Below the pieces are notes generated by a model. It did no database searches. It was not told the DNA's origin and saw only the letters and a program-made list of their open reading frames with translations. The translations under genes and the position numbers were made by a program. A DNA stretch of 64,000 nt from Hemiscyllium ocellatum. Its lineage: Eukaryota. The stretch lies in the NCBI RefSeq assembly GCF_020745735.1, contig NC_083410.1, positions 4,376,117 through 4,440,116 on the forward strand, written 5' to 3'. Positions 61,817 through 64,000 of the stretch are shown here, in pieces (the first letter of the stretch is position 1; every line of letters begins with the position of its first letter).

Positions 61817-62087
61817 AGAAGTTTGGTCCTAGGTTTCCAAAACCATCATATTTAAATTTAATAGGTTTTAGCATCAGAATGAAAGTGAGGACTGCAGATG
61901 CTGGAGATCAAAGTCAAAAAGTGTGGCACTGGAAAAGCACAGCTGGTCAGGCAGCATCCGAGGAGCTGGAGAGTTGACGTTCAAGCATTCCTGATGAAGG
62001 GCTTATGCCTGAAACATTGACTCTCCTGCTCCTTGGATGCTACCTGACCTGCTGTGTTTCACATTTTTGACTTTTGATATCTAAGTA

Positions 62088-62426
62088 CAGGTACGCAATC
62101 CATTATCCGTACCTTCAGGACCAGCTAGTTTTCGGATTTCGGATTTTTTTTTAAATTTTGGAATAAGTGACAGTTTCACTCTGAAATAAAAAAAACTGAA
62201 CAGCAGACACACCTGGATACTACAAGCGCTGAGACAGAATTGACACCTGCCAGTGCTGGGCCACTTCACCATGTCACATTTGAGTGATGTGGGACAAGTG
62301 GGTGTGGAGTTGGGTTAACTGTTGGCACATCAAACAAACTTGTTATGGAGAAAAAAATTTCACAAAAGACTTTGGATTTTGGAGCTTTTCGGATTTCAGA
62401 ATTTCAGATAAAGCATCGTCCATCTG
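62088..62426. mobile_element. Tigger/pogo-like MITE remnant
   Basis: ta|CAGG...TCTG|ta with degenerate terminal inverted repeats of about 22 bp (14 of 22 match) and subterminal ttttcggatttc motifs. Confidence 0.45.
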
Positions 62427-62949
62427 TATCAGGTTCAAACTGTTTGGCTAAACTCAGAAGACTGTTGTCTGAATAAAAACTGCTGCTTGGTCTGCTAATT
62501 GTATGGGCTTTCAATACAAATGTTTAAATGTGGGTTCTCTGTGCACTTGCAAACGTTCAAGCTGTCGTTCACAGACATCCATTGTAAATCTCTAAACACA
62601 GAAAAACACGATCTTTTAAAGGGACCATGCGTTGCTTCCTCTCCCACCTAGCACTTTACAAACACCAAATACTAATCTTCTGCCTCCCAATCTACAAGTA
62701 TTCTACCCAACTTTGTAACACCCTGCCCCTGAAGAAAAAAATAAACCATCATAATAAAATATGTCTTCATCATTTTTCTTCTTTTTAATCTATTATATTA
62801 TTGGATCCATAGCTTATTAATCTAGAATTACACATGTTATACTAATTCTGTTTGTACAAAGTATTGAATACTACCATTTCTGCCAAATATAAGCATTTTT
62901 CTTTAAAACTCATGATAAAGTGTCTGTGATAATATTTTCACAATATGTA

Positions 62950-64000
62950 CAATCTGTAAATTAAATATTTGTAGCATGAGACGCTAACAAAGTCATCTTT
63001 CCAGAAATGTCAAAAGGCTGCGATCAGTATCCGCAATTACATCGGATACACTGTTTGCAAAGTAAACATTAAAATATTGTGAGGCCAATATCAAACTTTA
63101 TAACTCCTTTTCAATGGTGAATGTTGTTTTTCTGGTGGATATGAGTTTTTTCGAAAAATAACTAATTGGCCTTGCTATTTCACAATCATCCTCCTGTAAG
63201 AACACAGCTTCAGCACCAACATCGCTTGTGTCGATGGTGACTTTGGAGGGTTTTTAAACATTTGCTGTGGCTAAAACTGGTGCCATGGTTAATAGTGCTT
63301 TTAAATTCTCAAACACCTCCAGGCATTGTTCTGTCCACTGCAATTTCAGGTTCTTTTTTTAACAAATCTGCCAATGGTGCCACTATGCTATTAAAGTTTG
63401 TACAAATTTCAATCACAAAAATTGGAGCACTTCGTTCTGTGAAGACAGCATTGAAAATTCCTCAATGGCCTTCATCTTCACAGTTCTTGACGTCATCCAT
63501 CCATGACCAAGTTTGTGAACTGAAAATGCCTGTTTTCATCAAGTTTATGACAAGTTTTGCCTGTTGTAGTCTCTGAAAGATCTCTGCCAAATGCTCCGTG
63601 ATCTTTTCACGCATGGCTAAAGAGTCCTACGTCATCCATGTAGATGGCACAATTCATCAATCCTGCAGCAGCTCTGTTCATCAGTCTTTGAAAAGTGATT
63701 GGTGCATGTTTCATTCCACATGGCATCAATTTAAACTGAAATAGCCCATTTAGGGTTATAAAAGCAGAAACCTTTTTTCCTCTCTCCAATAAAAGTACTT
63801 GCCAATAACTGCGAAATAAGTCGAACTTTGTGATGTAAGTGGCTTGTCCTACTTTACCAACACAATCCGCCAGCCTCGGAATTGAATATGAGTTCGATTT
63901 GTCACAGTGTTGACGTTCCAATAATCCATGCAGATTCTTTAAGTACAACCACGTTTGAGAACTAACATAACTTGTGAACTCCACTCATTTTGACGCACCT
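62950..64000 (-). mobile_element. Gypsy pol fragment (RT plus RNase H), runs off the window
   Basis: ITKFDL..YWQV..F..MPCGMKHAPITFQRLM..IYMDD, then IDTSDVGAEAVFLQED. Confidence 0.85.

Noticed and set aside
84-63984. The many short ORFs in the track as host genes
   Set aside because: They are sense or antisense readings of CR1, Penelope, Gypsy and SINE fragments, often recurring at each repeat copy.

Overview
Vertebrate genomic DNA, almost certainly from a cartilaginous fish (shark). This is inferred from HE1/V-SINE-like SINEs, abundant CR1 LINEs, Penelope elements and a Deu-domain-like SINE. Most of the window is transposon debris. One spliced gene runs across it on the + strand. It has six immunoglobulin V-set exons (10229-10567, 16227-16571, 32606-32938, 39788-40132, 42287-42631, 46657-47004), each with a J-like (Y/S)GxG(S/T)QLxV strand already joined in the germline. 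These are followed by a transmembrane exon (47561-47711) and three small cytoplasmic exons (53780-53823, 57927-57970, 59021-59143) carrying IVYATV, CHYTEL and SEYAVI tyrosine motifs. All ten exons have AG/GT boundaries and their phases join into one open frame of about 805 aa without a leader. The leader exon was not found and probably lies upstream of the window. The best reading is a non-rearranging, antigen-receptor-like (VJ)6-TM-ITIM inhibitory receptor that I cannot assign to a named gene. The V exons were amplified by tandem segmental duplication, which can be ordered by presence or absence of TE insertions. All exon structure is predicted by hand from sequence; no transcript or database evidence was available.
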